Positions 8,094 to 17,408 of a DNA stretch of 64,000 nucleotides are shown here, one piece after another. Numbering within the stretch: the first letter of the stretch is position 1; each line of letters begins with the position of its first letter. Origin of the DNA: Clostridia bacterium (GTDB taxonomy: Bacteria; Bacillota; Clostridia; Oscillospirales; CAG-272); contig JAFTKN010000020.1 of assembly GCA_017453255.1 (NCBI GenBank), positions 12,399 through 76,398 of the forward strand, in the 5' to 3' direction. The notes under the pieces were generated by a model that saw only the letters and a program-made list of their open reading frames with translations, made no database searches and was not told the origin of the DNA. A program made the translations under genes and the position numbers.

Positions 8094-10502
8094 ATGAGAA
8101 GAAAACTATTATTAGTGCTATCAATGGTAGCCTTGCTTGTTTTAGTTCTTGCTTTTTCTGTAAGTGCTGATAATTCACTTAAGTCGCAGGGAACAAACGC
8201 GTTTGGCGAGCTTTCTTTCTTTGATGAGAGCGTTACTGTTGGTAGAACTGACAGCGCAAACGGCTTTACTCCATATATGAAGGACGGCGAGACCTACGCA
8301 AGAGTAGTTGTTGGAGATGGTACAACCTTCTACACCTTCCCAACCTACTACATAATGGAGAAAAATGCCTACGAAGGTACAGCTCCACTTTGGCAACACA
8401 ATTTCACATCGCTTAACAGCGCAATGGAATCGGCAACTGGAACAAATCCAAGCTGGGGTATAGCAAATGTATATCGTTTGGAACTACCATATTCAATGAA
8501 GTATCTTAATGCAGCAGGTAGCCAAAAATTTGATGGTTATTCAAATATGATTGAGCTAACTCTTGCTCCTGATATGACAACTGCTGGAACAACCAACGTG
8601 TATGGCTTGTTTAGATATTGTCCTAATCTTGAGGTTATTTACAATATTGATACCTTTGTATTTTTAAAGGGCTGTGCAACAGATGCATTTTATAACGATG
8701 AAAAGCTAACAAGCTTAACACTTTGTGTATCTCCTGACGTTGTAGGAACACCAAGTCAGATTTTCTACAACTGCAAAGCGCTTGTAAGTGTCAACTTTGT
8801 AGAGGCATTTCCCAATATTACTGGTGTAGAAACGAACTGCTTTGCAAATTGCAATGCGCTTAAGTCAATTTCTTCTGCACGTAGCAATGATGGTGTACTT
8901 GTTTTACCATCAGCGTTTACTTATATTGGTAACAATGCGTTCCAAAACTGTGATAGCGTAAAGGCTGTTAAGTTTACAGGTAGCTCTGTTAAAATACTAC
9001 AAAACTCATTTAACTCAATGGATAGCCTTGAGTTTGTGTATTTTCCAAGAGAGTCCACACTTAACCTTCCAAGCTGTGAGGTTTTCTCGAACAATACAAA
9101 TCTAAAGGCAGTTGCATTCCCAGATGACTGCACACTAATTCCTGACCGTGGCTTTAAGAATTGTACTAATCTTCAGGCTGTATATCTACCAGCAAATCTT
9201 TACGAGCTAAAGACAAATGGTGGTGGACAGGGTGCGTTTGCTTACAACAACAATATGTATTTTGTTCAGGATTGGTTTAGCGTTCTTGACGAAAACGGAG
9301 AGTTTTTGCTTGATAGCTTTGTTCAACCAACAAGACCTGACGTGTACTATTTCCCAAATACCTTGACCCTTTTCTATAATAGAGATAGTGGTACAGGCTT
9401 TGATGCTAACTACAACCTAAACCCTGTAATGGTATTACCAACGACAGTTACAAAGCTTTGGGTATATGATGGTTGCTTCTATGATTGTGGTAAGACAGGA
9501 AACAAGTTTACAATAGTATGCCTTGGTGATATGACTGATGTAAGAATCGGCATGAGAGAGAATAGAGCAAAGGGCATAAGCTATATATTTGCCAACGCAA
9601 ACGATGTAGATTTAAGTAGCATTACTATTGTTGATACAAACGCAGGCTATTCCCCATCCTTAAATGGCGATGAAAGTGTATTCTTCTGTGCATCAGACAA
9701 ATACTTTACACTTTACAATCTTGGTGGCTCAAATGATGCAACACAATACACAAACGACAATACAACCCTTGTGGTTGATGCAACTAAGCACCTAACAAGT
9801 CCAAGGGCTACAAAAACAACTGAAGCGACCTGCACAACAATAGAGGGAACAACCTATTATTGCTTCTGCGAAAAGCTACTAAAGGAAGAAAAAACAGGTG
9901 ACGCCTTAGGTCACTTAAATAGTGAGGTTAAGGACATAGCATATAATGGTGCTACAATGTTCTTTGAAAATGGTGACACAACATATTATTGCGAAAGATG
10001 TAAGGAAAATCACGTTGTAGTAGGCTCTGCATCTATAATCTTTGTAGCAAAGGGCTATACATATACAGAAGGTAATAATCCAAGCAAGGCAATTATGCAG
10101 TCCTTTGCAGTAAATAGGGAAGCATTAGACCTTTATAACCAATATACCGCAAACACAATAGAGGGCTATGGCTTAGTAGCGGCAAGCACAAGCACAACAG
10201 AAGTGTTTGATAATGGTGTAGCGGGCACAAATGGAGCAGTAGCAAGCTTTAAGGATAAGACCTATGATATCATGGAAATGAAGATTACAGGTATAGAAAA
10301 GAATGAAAGCTATGCTCAGACAGCGCTTAATTGCTGTGCATACATTTTAGTTAAAAATGGTGAAAGTGTTGATAGCTACTATGCAACTGAGGTGCTTGAT
10401 AGCGACCTTGAAGGCATACAGGTAAGTGTAACAGAAACACTAACAGGTGGCGCAAGCTACGACCAAATTTACGGAAATAGAAATCCGCAAGCAGTTGAAT
10501 AA
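8094..10502 (+). CDS. Secreted BspA-type leucine-rich-repeat surface protein, paralog 1
   Basis: 802 aa. Signal peptide MRRKLLLVLSMVALLVLVLAFSVSA. It has repeated ..F.NC..L..V.. LRR_5-like units. The Cys-rich C-terminal domain is shared with the 15398 and 17409 products (..AIMQSFAVNREALDLY.., ..YDIMEMKITG.., ..CCAYILV..). Confidence 0.7.
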   Translation: MRRKLLLVLSMVALLVLVLAFSVSADNSLKSQGTNAFGELSFFDESVTVGRTDSANGFTPYMKDGETYARVVVGDGTTFYTFPTYYIMEKNAYEGTAPLWQHNFTSLNSAMESATGTNPSWGIANVYRLELPYSMKYLNAAGSQKFDGYSNMIELTLAPDMTTAGTTNVYGLFRYCPNLEVIYNIDTFVFLKGCATDAFYNDEKLTSLTLCVSPDVVGTPSQIFYNCKALVSVNFVEAFPNITGVETNCFANCNALKSISSARSNDGVLVLPSAFTYIGNNAFQNCDSVKAVKFTGSSVKILQNSFNSMDSLEFVYFPRESTLNLPSCEVFSNNTNLKAVAFPDDCTLIPDRGFKNCTNLQAVYLPANLYELKTNGGGQGAFAYNNNMYFVQDWFSVLDENGEFLLDSFVQPTRPDVYYFPNTLTLFYNRDSGTGFDANYNLNPVMVLPTTVTKLWVYDGCFYDCGKTGNKFTIVCLGDMTDVRIGMRENRAKGISYIFANANDVDLSSITIVDTNAGYSPSLNGDESVFFCASDKYFTLYNLGGSNDATQYTNDNTTLVVDATKHLTSPRATKTTEATCTTIEGTTYYCFCEKLLKEEKTGDALGHLNSEVKDIAYNGATMFFENGDTTYYCERCKENHVVVGSASIIFVAKGYTYTEGNNPSKAIMQSFAVNREALDLYNQYTANTIEGYGLVAASTSTTEVFDNGVAGTNGAVASFKDKTYDIMEMKITGIEKNESYAQTALNCCAYILVKNGESVDSYYATEVLDSDLEGIQVSVTETLTGGASYDQIYGNRNPQAVE

Positions 10503-10512
10503 ATTAAATCAC

Positions 10513-10540
10513 AAAAAGGCGACCATGCGTCGCCTTTTTG
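10513..10540 (+). terminator. Rho-independent terminator after LRR paralog 1
   Basis: AAAAAGGCGACCATGCGTCGCCTTTTT. Confidence 0.75.
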
Positions 10541-10820
10541 TGTATTTTAAAATATTATTTTAAAAATTTAAAAACATATGGAAATTTGTGCTATTTTGTT
10601 TTATAATAAAAGCAAAGATAAATATTATTTGCGTGAAGTAGCTTATGAGATATGAAAACGGTAAAGCATATGTGTTAAGACTCATGCATTGGTGGTGGCT
10701 AATGAGCGACTTGGCACGAAGTGGCGATATGAATGGCGCTGTTTATCTTTATGACATAGATTATTAGGCATTGTGCATAAGACTAAGTAATAATAAAGAA
10801 TATTTAAAGGATTAAAATTT

Positions 10821-12080
10821 ATGAGAAAAGAGAAGGTAATTCAATTCGGTGAGGGTGGCTTTTTACGTGGCTTTGTAGATTGGATGCTACAAAAGGTAAA
10901 CGAAAAAACTGACTTTAATGGTAGCGTGGTAGTTGTTCAGCCTATTGAAAGGGGTATGTGCGACCAGCTTACTAAGCAGGGATGTCGATATACTCATATG
11001 ATAAGAGGTAAAGAGGGCGTTGAGGTTAGCGAAATTGACGTAATTTCGCGATGTGTAAAGCCATATGACGATTTTGATAGCTACATAGCACTTGCCGAAA
11101 ATAAGGATTTTCGCTTTATTGTTTCAAACACAACTGAGGCAGGAATAGCGGTTAATGAGGGTGATAAGCTCACAGACAGACCAGCAAGCTCCTTCCCAGG
11201 TAAGCTGACTCAGCTTTTATATAAGAGATATGAGCTTGGCTTAGGTGGCTTTGTGTTCTTACCCTGCGAGCTAAGTGACGATAATGGAATTGAGCTAAGA
11301 AAATGTATTCTTAAATATGCAGATATGTGGTCACTTGGAGACGGCTTTAAAAAATGGATAAATGAGGAAAACATATTTACCATTACATTGGTTGACCGTA
11401 TAAATACAGGCTATCCTAAAAATGAGGATACAGGAATCGACGATAAAATGCTAAATACATCAGAGTATTTTCATTTGTGGGTAATAGACGGCTACGAGGG
11501 GCTATTTAACGAATTACCCCTTGACAAGTGTGGATTAAACGTAATTTTGACCGATCAAATTGATATGTACCACACAAGAAAGGTGCGTATTTTAAATGGT
11601 GCACATACATCACTTGTTCCCCATGCACTTTTAAGTGGCTATGATACAGTAAAGAGCTGTGTTGATAGCGAGGAAATGCTAAGCCATATTAAAAAATGTG
11701 TATATGACGAGATTATTCCTACTCTTGATTTGCCAACAAATGAGCTTTTAAGCTATGCTGATAGCGTTTTAAATCGTTTTGCAAACCCATATATTAAGCA
11801 TTATCTTTCCTCGATTGCATTAAACTCGGTAAGCAAGTTCAGAGTTAGAGTTTTGCCATCTATCCTTGAATATATTAAGCGCTTTGACAAGGTGCCAAAG
11901 ACACTTGTTTTCTCCTTTGCTCGTTTAATTGAGTTTTACAAAAAGGGCACACCAAACGATGCAGATAGCATAATGGAATTTATGAAAAATGCAAGCGTCA
12001 AGGATATTTTAGCAAACAAAGAGCTTTGGGGACAGGACTTAACCTTCCTTTATGATGAGGTTTCTAAATATGTTGATTAA
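10821..12080 (+). CDS. uxaB: Tagaturonate reductase / altronate oxidoreductase (mannitol dehydrogenase family)
   Basis: 419 aa. The N-terminal Rossmann motif VIQFGEGGFLRGFVDWM is typical of UxaB. It sits in operon context with uxaA and uxaC. Confidence 0.7.
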   Translation: MRKEKVIQFGEGGFLRGFVDWMLQKVNEKTDFNGSVVVVQPIERGMCDQLTKQGCRYTHMIRGKEGVEVSEIDVISRCVKPYDDFDSYIALAENKDFRFIVSNTTEAGIAVNEGDKLTDRPASSFPGKLTQLLYKRYELGLGGFVFLPCELSDDNGIELRKCILKYADMWSLGDGFKKWINEENIFTITLVDRINTGYPKNEDTGIDDKMLNTSEYFHLWVIDGYEGLFNELPLDKCGLNVILTDQIDMYHTRKVRILNGAHTSLVPHALLSGYDTVKSCVDSEEMLSHIKKCVYDEIIPTLDLPTNELLSYADSVLNRFANPYIKHYLSSIALNSVSKFRVRVLPSILEYIKRFDKVPKTLVFSFARLIEFYKKGTPNDADSIMEFMKNASVKDILANKELWGQDLTFLYDEVSKYVD

Positions 12081-13446
12081 TAGTCTTGATAATGTTGAAA
12101 TAAACATTGAAAATGGACACAAATATGCTCGCCGAGATATAAAAAAAGGCGAGGACGTGGTTAAATATGGCTTCCCTATAGGTCATGCGACTATGGATAT
12201 TAAAAAGGGAGAGCACATTCATTCCCATAACCTAAAAACCAACTTAGCAGGCAAGCTTGAATATACATATAGCTATAAGGATTATAGTATTGGAAAAGTA
12301 GAAACAGATTTAACCTTTGACGGCTATGAAAGAGAAAATGGCGACGTTGGTATAAGAAATGATATTTGGATTGTAAATACTGTTGGCTGTGTAAACAACA
12401 CGGCAAAAAAGCTTAGCGAGCTAACAGGAGCTAAATATTTCCCTCACCCCTATGGCTGTTCTCAGCTTGGGGATGACCAAAGCGTTACACAAAAAATTCT
12501 TTGTGGTATGATAAATCACCCTAACGCAGGTGGCGTTTTGGTGCTCGGCTTAGGCTGTGAAAACAACAATATTGAGGAAATGAAAAAAGCTCTTGGTAAG
12601 TATAATTCAAAGAGAGTTAAATTCCTCGTTTGCCAAGAGGAAAATGACGAAATTAGCGTAGGCGTGTCGCTAATTAAGGAGTTAGAGGAATACGCAAGCA
12701 CCTTTAAAAGAACAAAAATTCCAGTATCAAGACTTAAAATCGGCTTGAAATGTGGTGGTAGCGACGGATATAGTGGAATAACTGCTAATCCCCTTGTTGG
12801 TAGCCTTTGCGATAGAATTGTTAGCTATGGTGGTGCGTGTGCACTAACTGAAGTACCCGAAATGTTTGGAGCTGAAACACTTTTGATGGAAAGATGCGTA
12901 AGCTATGAGGTGTTTTCTAAGTGTGTTTCCTTAATTAATGATTTTAAGGACTATTTTGAAAGACATAATCAGGTAATTTACGAAAATCCCTCACCAGGAA
13001 ATAAGGCAGGGGGAATAACAACTCTTGAGGAAAAGTCGCTCGGCTGTGTTACTAAGGGTGGACATAGTCCTGTTTGTGATGTTTTAAGCTATGGTGACAC
13101 AATTAAGACAAGTGGGCTTTCCTTAGTAAATGGACCTGGAAATGATATTGTTGCTGTGACTAATTTAATGGCTTGTGGTTGTCATATGATTTTGTTTACT
13201 ACAGGCAGAGGAACTCCCTTAGGTGGGGCAGTTCCTACCTTAAAGATTTCTACTAATCATTTGCTTTTTGAAAGAAAGAATAACTGGATAGATTTTGATG
13301 CTTCTGGTGTGCTAAATGGCGAAATGGAAAGATTGACAGATGAGCTTGAAAGGTTAATTATCGACACAGCAAGTGGAAAAAAAGCCAAAAATGAAATAAA
13401 TGGATATAGCGAAATTGCTATATTCAAGGACGGAGTAACGCTATGA
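12070..13446 (+). CDS. uxaA: Altronate dehydratase
   Basis: SAF domain N-terminus (..ARRDIKKGEDVVKYGFPIGHATMDIKKGEHIHSHNLKT..) and a UxaA C-terminal domain. I prefer the ATG at 12070, which overlaps the uxaB stop (ATGTTGATTAA), over the ORF-track start at 12052. Confidence 0.8.
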   Translation: MLINSLDNVEINIENGHKYARRDIKKGEDVVKYGFPIGHATMDIKKGEHIHSHNLKTNLAGKLEYTYSYKDYSIGKVETDLTFDGYERENGDVGIRNDIWIVNTVGCVNNTAKKLSELTGAKYFPHPYGCSQLGDDQSVTQKILCGMINHPNAGGVLVLGLGCENNNIEEMKKALGKYNSKRVKFLVCQEENDEISVGVSLIKELEEYASTFKRTKIPVSRLKIGLKCGGSDGYSGITANPLVGSLCDRIVSYGGACALTEVPEMFGAETLLMERCVSYEVFSKCVSLINDFKDYFERHNQVIYENPSPGNKAGGITTLEEKSLGCVTKGGHSPVCDVLSYGDTIKTSGLSLVNGPGNDIVAVTNLMACGCHMILFTTGRGTPLGGAVPTLKISTNHLLFERKNNWIDFDASGVLNGEMERLTDELERLIIDTASGKKAKNEINGYSEIAIFKDGVTL

Positions 13447-14831
13447 GCTATATAAAAAAGGATTTTTTATTAACAAACGAAACTGCAAAAAATCTCTATT
13501 TTAATTATGCAAAGGGTATGCCAATTTTCGACTACCATTGTCATTTATCAGAGTATCAAATTCTCGAAAATAAGGAGTTCAATGACCTTTACGAGATTTG
13601 GCTCTCTGGCGACCACTACAAGTGGCGTTTAATGCGTAATTATGGTATAAACGAGGAGTATATAACAGGTAGTAAGACTAATAAGGAAAAGTTTTTAGCA
13701 TACTGCAAGGCTATTTCAACTGCCTTTGGAAATCCACTTTACCATTGGTCACAGGTTGAAATTGAGGAATATTTTGGCTGTACTCTTGAAATCAATGAGG
13801 AAAATGCTGAAAGAATCTGGCAGGAGTGCAACGAATATATTAAAGCAAATAAAATCACACCTCAAAGTCTAATTGAAAGCTCAAATGTTAAATGTCTATG
13901 CACAACAAATGAGGTTTTTGATAATTTAGCGGTGTTTGACAAAATAAAGGATAAGGACTACAAGTTTTCTGTAATTCCTGCATTCAGAGCTGATAAAATA
14001 ATGAATATTGATGCTGAAAAGTATTTAACATTTATCGGTTATCTTGAAGAAAAAACAAATAAAATAGAGGGAATTGGCGACCTTGAGAATGCTTTGGAAA
14101 ATAGATTAAATGCCTTTATTAAGGCTGGCTGTAAGGCAAGCGATATTGCAGTTGAGGCTGTTTATACAGTTTCCGAAAGGGACGAGGCAGACAGAGTATT
14201 AAGGGCTGTTTTAAAGGGTAACAAGCCAAGTGAAGGCGATACAGAAATATTTAAGGGCTACTTAACCTACTATTTAATGAAGCTATATGCGAAATATAAC
14301 ATAGCAACCGAATTACACATAGGCGCTATGCGTAATAACAATAGTGTAATGCTTGCAAAGCTCGGACTTGATACAGGCTATGATAGCATTTCGGATAAAA
14401 ATAGCATATCAAAGCTTTCACGTTTAATGGATAAGCTAAATAATGAAGGACTTTTGCCTAAGCTAATTATTTTCAATCTAAATCCAAAAATGAATACAGA
14501 AATTATGACTCTTTTAGGTTGCTTCCAAGATGACTGTGCAAGAGGAAAGATTCAATATGGCGCAGCATGGTGGTTCCTTGATAACAAGCCATATATGGAG
14601 AAGCACTTAAGCGACCTTTGTCAAACAGGACATATCGGTGCATTTGTTGGAATGCTTACAGATAGCCGTTCATTCTTGTCCTATCCAAGACATCATTATT
14701 TCCGTAGAATTTTGTGCAACTACTTAGGCACACTTATCGAAAAGGGTGAGATGACCTCGAATTTAAACCTTGTTTCAAGAGTGGTTAAGGACATTTGCTA
14801 CTATAACGCAAAGGCATACTTTGAAATATAA
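13443..14831 (+). CDS. uxaC: Glucuronate (uronate) isomerase
   Basis: 462 aa. MSYIKKDFLLTNETAKNLYFNYAKGMPIFDYHCHL is the canonical UxaC N-terminus. A 4-nt overlap with uxaA is present. Confidence 0.9.
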   Translation: MSYIKKDFLLTNETAKNLYFNYAKGMPIFDYHCHLSEYQILENKEFNDLYEIWLSGDHYKWRLMRNYGINEEYITGSKTNKEKFLAYCKAISTAFGNPLYHWSQVEIEEYFGCTLEINEENAERIWQECNEYIKANKITPQSLIESSNVKCLCTTNEVFDNLAVFDKIKDKDYKFSVIPAFRADKIMNIDAEKYLTFIGYLEEKTNKIEGIGDLENALENRLNAFIKAGCKASDIAVEAVYTVSERDEADRVLRAVLKGNKPSEGDTEIFKGYLTYYLMKLYAKYNIATELHIGAMRNNNSVMLAKLGLDTGYDSISDKNSISKLSRLMDKLNNEGLLPKLIIFNLNPKMNTEIMTLLGCFQDDCARGKIQYGAAWWFLDNKPYMEKHLSDLCQTGHIGAFVGMLTDSRSFLSYPRHHYFRRILCNYLGTLIEKGEMTSNLNLVSRVVKDICYYNAKAYFEI

Positions 14832-14841
14832 TAAAACAACA

Positions 14842-14870
14842 AAAAAACGACCACGTGTCGCTTTTTTGTT
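14842..14870 (+). terminator. Rho-independent terminator after uxaC
   Basis: AAAAAAACGACCACGTGTCGC followed by a T-run. It has the same CGACCACGTGTCGC core as the terminator at 7811. Confidence 0.55.
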
Positions 14871-14958
14871 TGTTTTTGAAGAAACTCTCGACTTGAATAA
14901 AACCGAAAATGCTGTTTAGTGTCGTTTTGGCTCATCTACCCAATGTTGTCCTTTCAAG

Positions 14959-15058
14959 CATTACTACACACTGTCATTTCGAGCACTACTACACATTGTC
15001 ATTTCGAGCACTACTACACATTGTCATTTCGAGCATTACTACACACTGTCATTTCGAG
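14959..15058. repeat. Tandem array of four 25-bp units (CA(T/C)TACTACACA(C/T)TGTCATTTCGAG)
   Basis: Units lie at 14959-14983, 14984-15008, 15009-15033 and 15034-15058. Coordinates were anchored to the ORF-track entry starting at 14909. The units are head-to-tail with no spacers. Confidence 0.9.
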
Positions 15059-15350
15059 CGAAGCCGAGAAATCTATTTTCTGATAAGTTAATATTCAATA
15101 GATCTCTCCACTCGCAAGCTCGGTCGAGATGACAGAGTAGTTGAGTGAGCACACACATTGTCGTTTCGAGTGAAGCGAGAATACGCCGATCCACATTGTC
15201 ATTTCGAGCACCACTACACATTGTCATTTCGAGCGAAGTCGAGAAATCTATTTGTAGCCTTCCCCAGTTGGGGAAGGGGGACCACCTTTGGTGGTGGATG
15301 AGGTGTAAAAAAGCTAACTTTTAATAGCTCTCCACTCGCAAGGCTAAATA
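15059..15350. repeat. REP/MITE-like repeat block; partner of 3476-3720 in inverted orientation
   Basis: Contains further TGTCATTTCGAGCGAAG(C/T)CGAGAAATCT units (15059-15075, 15218-15250). Also contains the modules ATAGATCTCTCCACTCGCAAGCTCGGTCGAGATGACA and GAGAAATCTATTTGTAGCCTTCCCCAGTTGGGGAAGG..GGTGGTGGATGAGGTGTAAAAAA. Confidence 0.8.
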
Positions 15351-15351
15351 G

Positions 15352-15390
15352 AAGAAAGAAAAAACACAGCCACAAAATGTGACTGTGTTT
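15352..15390 (-). terminator. Terminator of LRR paralog 2
   Basis: Hairpin AACACAGCCAC-AAAAT-GTGACTGTGTT (15363-15389), followed on the minus strand by a T-run. Confidence 0.7.
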
Positions 15391-15397
15391 AATTTTA

Positions 15398-17305
15398 TTA
15401 GTTACCTAAGCTATTATAAGTAAAGCTAACTGCTGTATCGCTTGCAGAGTTATTATGCAAGTATGTAATTTCTCCGTTTAGAAGAACATAAGCACAGAGA
15501 TAAACTGAAGCATTTTCGTGACTAGAAAGACCATTAAGCTTCATTTCAAAAATATCGTAGTTGCGCTTTGTGAAATCAACGCTTGCTACCTTATCCTTAA
15601 AGCTACCATCTGCATACAAAACACCATTGAAACGAGCTTGCTCTGTTTCGTCAGTTGAATTAAGCTTATCAACGCCTGCTAAAAGACCAAATGAAATTTT
15701 ACCACAAACGCCCTCATACTTTTCAAACAAGCTATAGTTGACGGAGAAGCTTTGTAAAACAGCATCGCCGAGGTTTTCCTGCTTTGAGAAGCCTAAGAAG
15801 CTAAATAGTGGAGCTAATGTTTCCTTTGTTTCTTCCTTAGCACACTGTGCTCTTGAGCATGTGCCTATAATACTACAATCACTAATGAACTTGCCGTCTG
15901 CAAAGCTTGCACTAAGTGTTTCACCAAATGCGTGCTCGCCATTATAGAAGGCATCACAGTGGTTTACACCATAAACGATATAGTTTTTCGTTGTTTTATC
16001 AGTTGCATTATTGTACTCCTCTAAGGAAACAATTGTTGCACCAGTAAAGGCACTATTTTTGTTGGTGCTGGTTTTACTCTTGAGTGCTTCAGCTTGATCC
16101 TGTGTTCCAGTAAAGAAGAAAGCTACTCCGCTTGTAGTAAGACCATTAAATGTGCATTCTCCAAAAGCACCCAAGCCTGCTGGAATGTAAAAATTTTTTG
16201 CATAGAAATACTCAAAGCAGTATGTTCCACCAAAGGTGGTAAGGCTTTCTGGTAAAACAATTGTGTTAATTGTTTGTCTACTTCCTGCAAACGAGCACTC
16301 GTAAAGTGTTGTTACACCATTTGGAATTACCAATTTATCTTGTGTTATGTTGTTGCCCTTGAATGCGTTCTTTCCAATGTAGGTTACACTTGAAGGAATC
16401 GTCAATGATGTAATTGGGCAACCCTCAAAGCTTCTGTACGGAACAGTTGTAATTTTTAAATTTTCAAAGTTCTCAATAGATGAAAGAGAGAAACAATTAT
16501 AGAACATTCCCTCTGTACCTAATGTTGTAAGTCCTGATGGAAAATAGAAGCTTGTTAATCCTGTTTTTTCAAAATGATAGTTACCATTAAGAGTTTTCAA
16601 TTTTGAATTTTCACTAAAATTTATAGTAGTAAGAGATGAACAACTAGCAAAAGCGTGGTCGCCGAATGTTGTAACTGCATCTGGAATTGTAATGCTCGAT
16701 ATAGCAGAGCTTCTGAAAGCGTTGGCTGAAATTTCGGTTACTGTGTTTGGTAGTTCAATATTACCAGTTAAAGATGAGCAAGAATAAAAAGTGTTTTGAT
16801 ATATTTTAGAAATCTTTGTATTCTTAAGACCTGTAATTGTTGTAAGGTTTGTACATTCGCTAAAGAAGAATTCGCCCATTAACTCAAGAGTAGTTGGTAA
16901 GGAAGCTTCAACGAGAGATTTATATCTTTCAAACTTAGCTCCGCCGTTACTTGATTCAACAGAGGTTTTAATACCCTCTGGAATTTCGATACGTACAAGA
17001 TTGCTTAAAACATTATCACCTAAACCAAGTGCTGTCTTTACGTTTGAGTTGATGCTCCAAGTAAATTGTGTGTTGTCTTGAATTAAATAGTAGGTTGGTA
17101 CTGTGTAGTATGTACCATTTACTGCTAAAACAGCACGTGCGTTTTCGTTAATTATGGTTGGCTTAGCAACACCTTCAATTATAGTTAAATCGCTATATTC
17201 GTCAGTTGTTTTTCCGTTAATTACATTTTCAGCATTTACAGAAAAAGCAAGAATTAAAACAAGCAAAGCCACCATAGAAACAACTAATAGTAATCTTTTT
17301 TTCAT
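15398..17305 (-). CDS. Secreted BspA-type leucine-rich-repeat surface protein, paralog 2
   Basis: 635 aa. Signal peptide MKKRLLLVVSMVALLVLILAFSVNA is nearly identical to that of paralog 1. It has LRR_5-like units and the shared C-terminal domain (..LAPLFSFLGFSK..AVLQSFSVNYSLFEKY..YDIFEMKLNG..LCAYVLLNG..). Confidence 0.7.
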   Translation of the reverse strand: MKKRLLLVVSMVALLVLILAFSVNAENVINGKTTDEYSDLTIIEGVAKPTIINENARAVLAVNGTYYTVPTYYLIQDNTQFTWSINSNVKTALGLGDNVLSNLVRIEIPEGIKTSVESSNGGAKFERYKSLVEASLPTTLELMGEFFFSECTNLTTITGLKNTKISKIYQNTFYSCSSLTGNIELPNTVTEISANAFRSSAISSITIPDAVTTFGDHAFASCSSLTTINFSENSKLKTLNGNYHFEKTGLTSFYFPSGLTTLGTEGMFYNCFSLSSIENFENLKITTVPYRSFEGCPITSLTIPSSVTYIGKNAFKGNNITQDKLVIPNGVTTLYECSFAGSRQTINTIVLPESLTTFGGTYCFEYFYAKNFYIPAGLGAFGECTFNGLTTSGVAFFFTGTQDQAEALKSKTSTNKNSAFTGATIVSLEEYNNATDKTTKNYIVYGVNHCDAFYNGEHAFGETLSASFADGKFISDCSIIGTCSRAQCAKEETKETLAPLFSFLGFSKQENLGDAVLQSFSVNYSLFEKYEGVCGKISFGLLAGVDKLNSTDETEQARFNGVLYADGSFKDKVASVDFTKRNYDIFEMKLNGLSSHENASVYLCAYVLLNGEITYLHNNSASDTAVSFTYNSLGN

Positions 17306-17339
17306 AAAATTTCTCCTTTTAAGATATTTTTACATTTTA

Positions 17340-17368
17340 ATAATAACATATAAGGAGTGATTTGTCAA
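17340..17368 (-). promoter_or_regulatory. Sigma-A promoter of LRR paralog 2
   Basis: On the minus strand: TTGACA (17363-17368), 17-nt spacer, TATTAT (17340-17345), then AAAGGAG and the ATG at 17305. Confidence 0.5.
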
Positions 17369-17373
17369 TGAAA

Positions 17374-17407
17374 AAAGATTGCTCGCATATTCGAGCAATC
17401 TTTTTTT
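17374..17407 (-). terminator. Terminator after LRR paralog 3
   Basis: GATTGCTCG-AATATG-CGAGCAATC hairpin (17377-17400), flanked by an A-run and a T-run. Confidence 0.75.
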
Positions 17408-17408
17408 G

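Noticed and set aside
10561-10820. A known riboswitch or T-box in the uxaB leader.
   Set aside because: I could not recognise any conserved riboswitch core or T-box motif. Only the WWW uORF and some partial repeats were noted (reported as a low-interest finding).
14959-15250. Possible CRISPR array, suggested by regularly repeated 25-bp units.
   Set aside because: The units are directly adjacent with no unique spacers. The repeat is shorter than typical CRISPR repeats. No cas genes or leader are present in the window. This is a tandem repeat belonging to a dispersed REP/MITE-like family.
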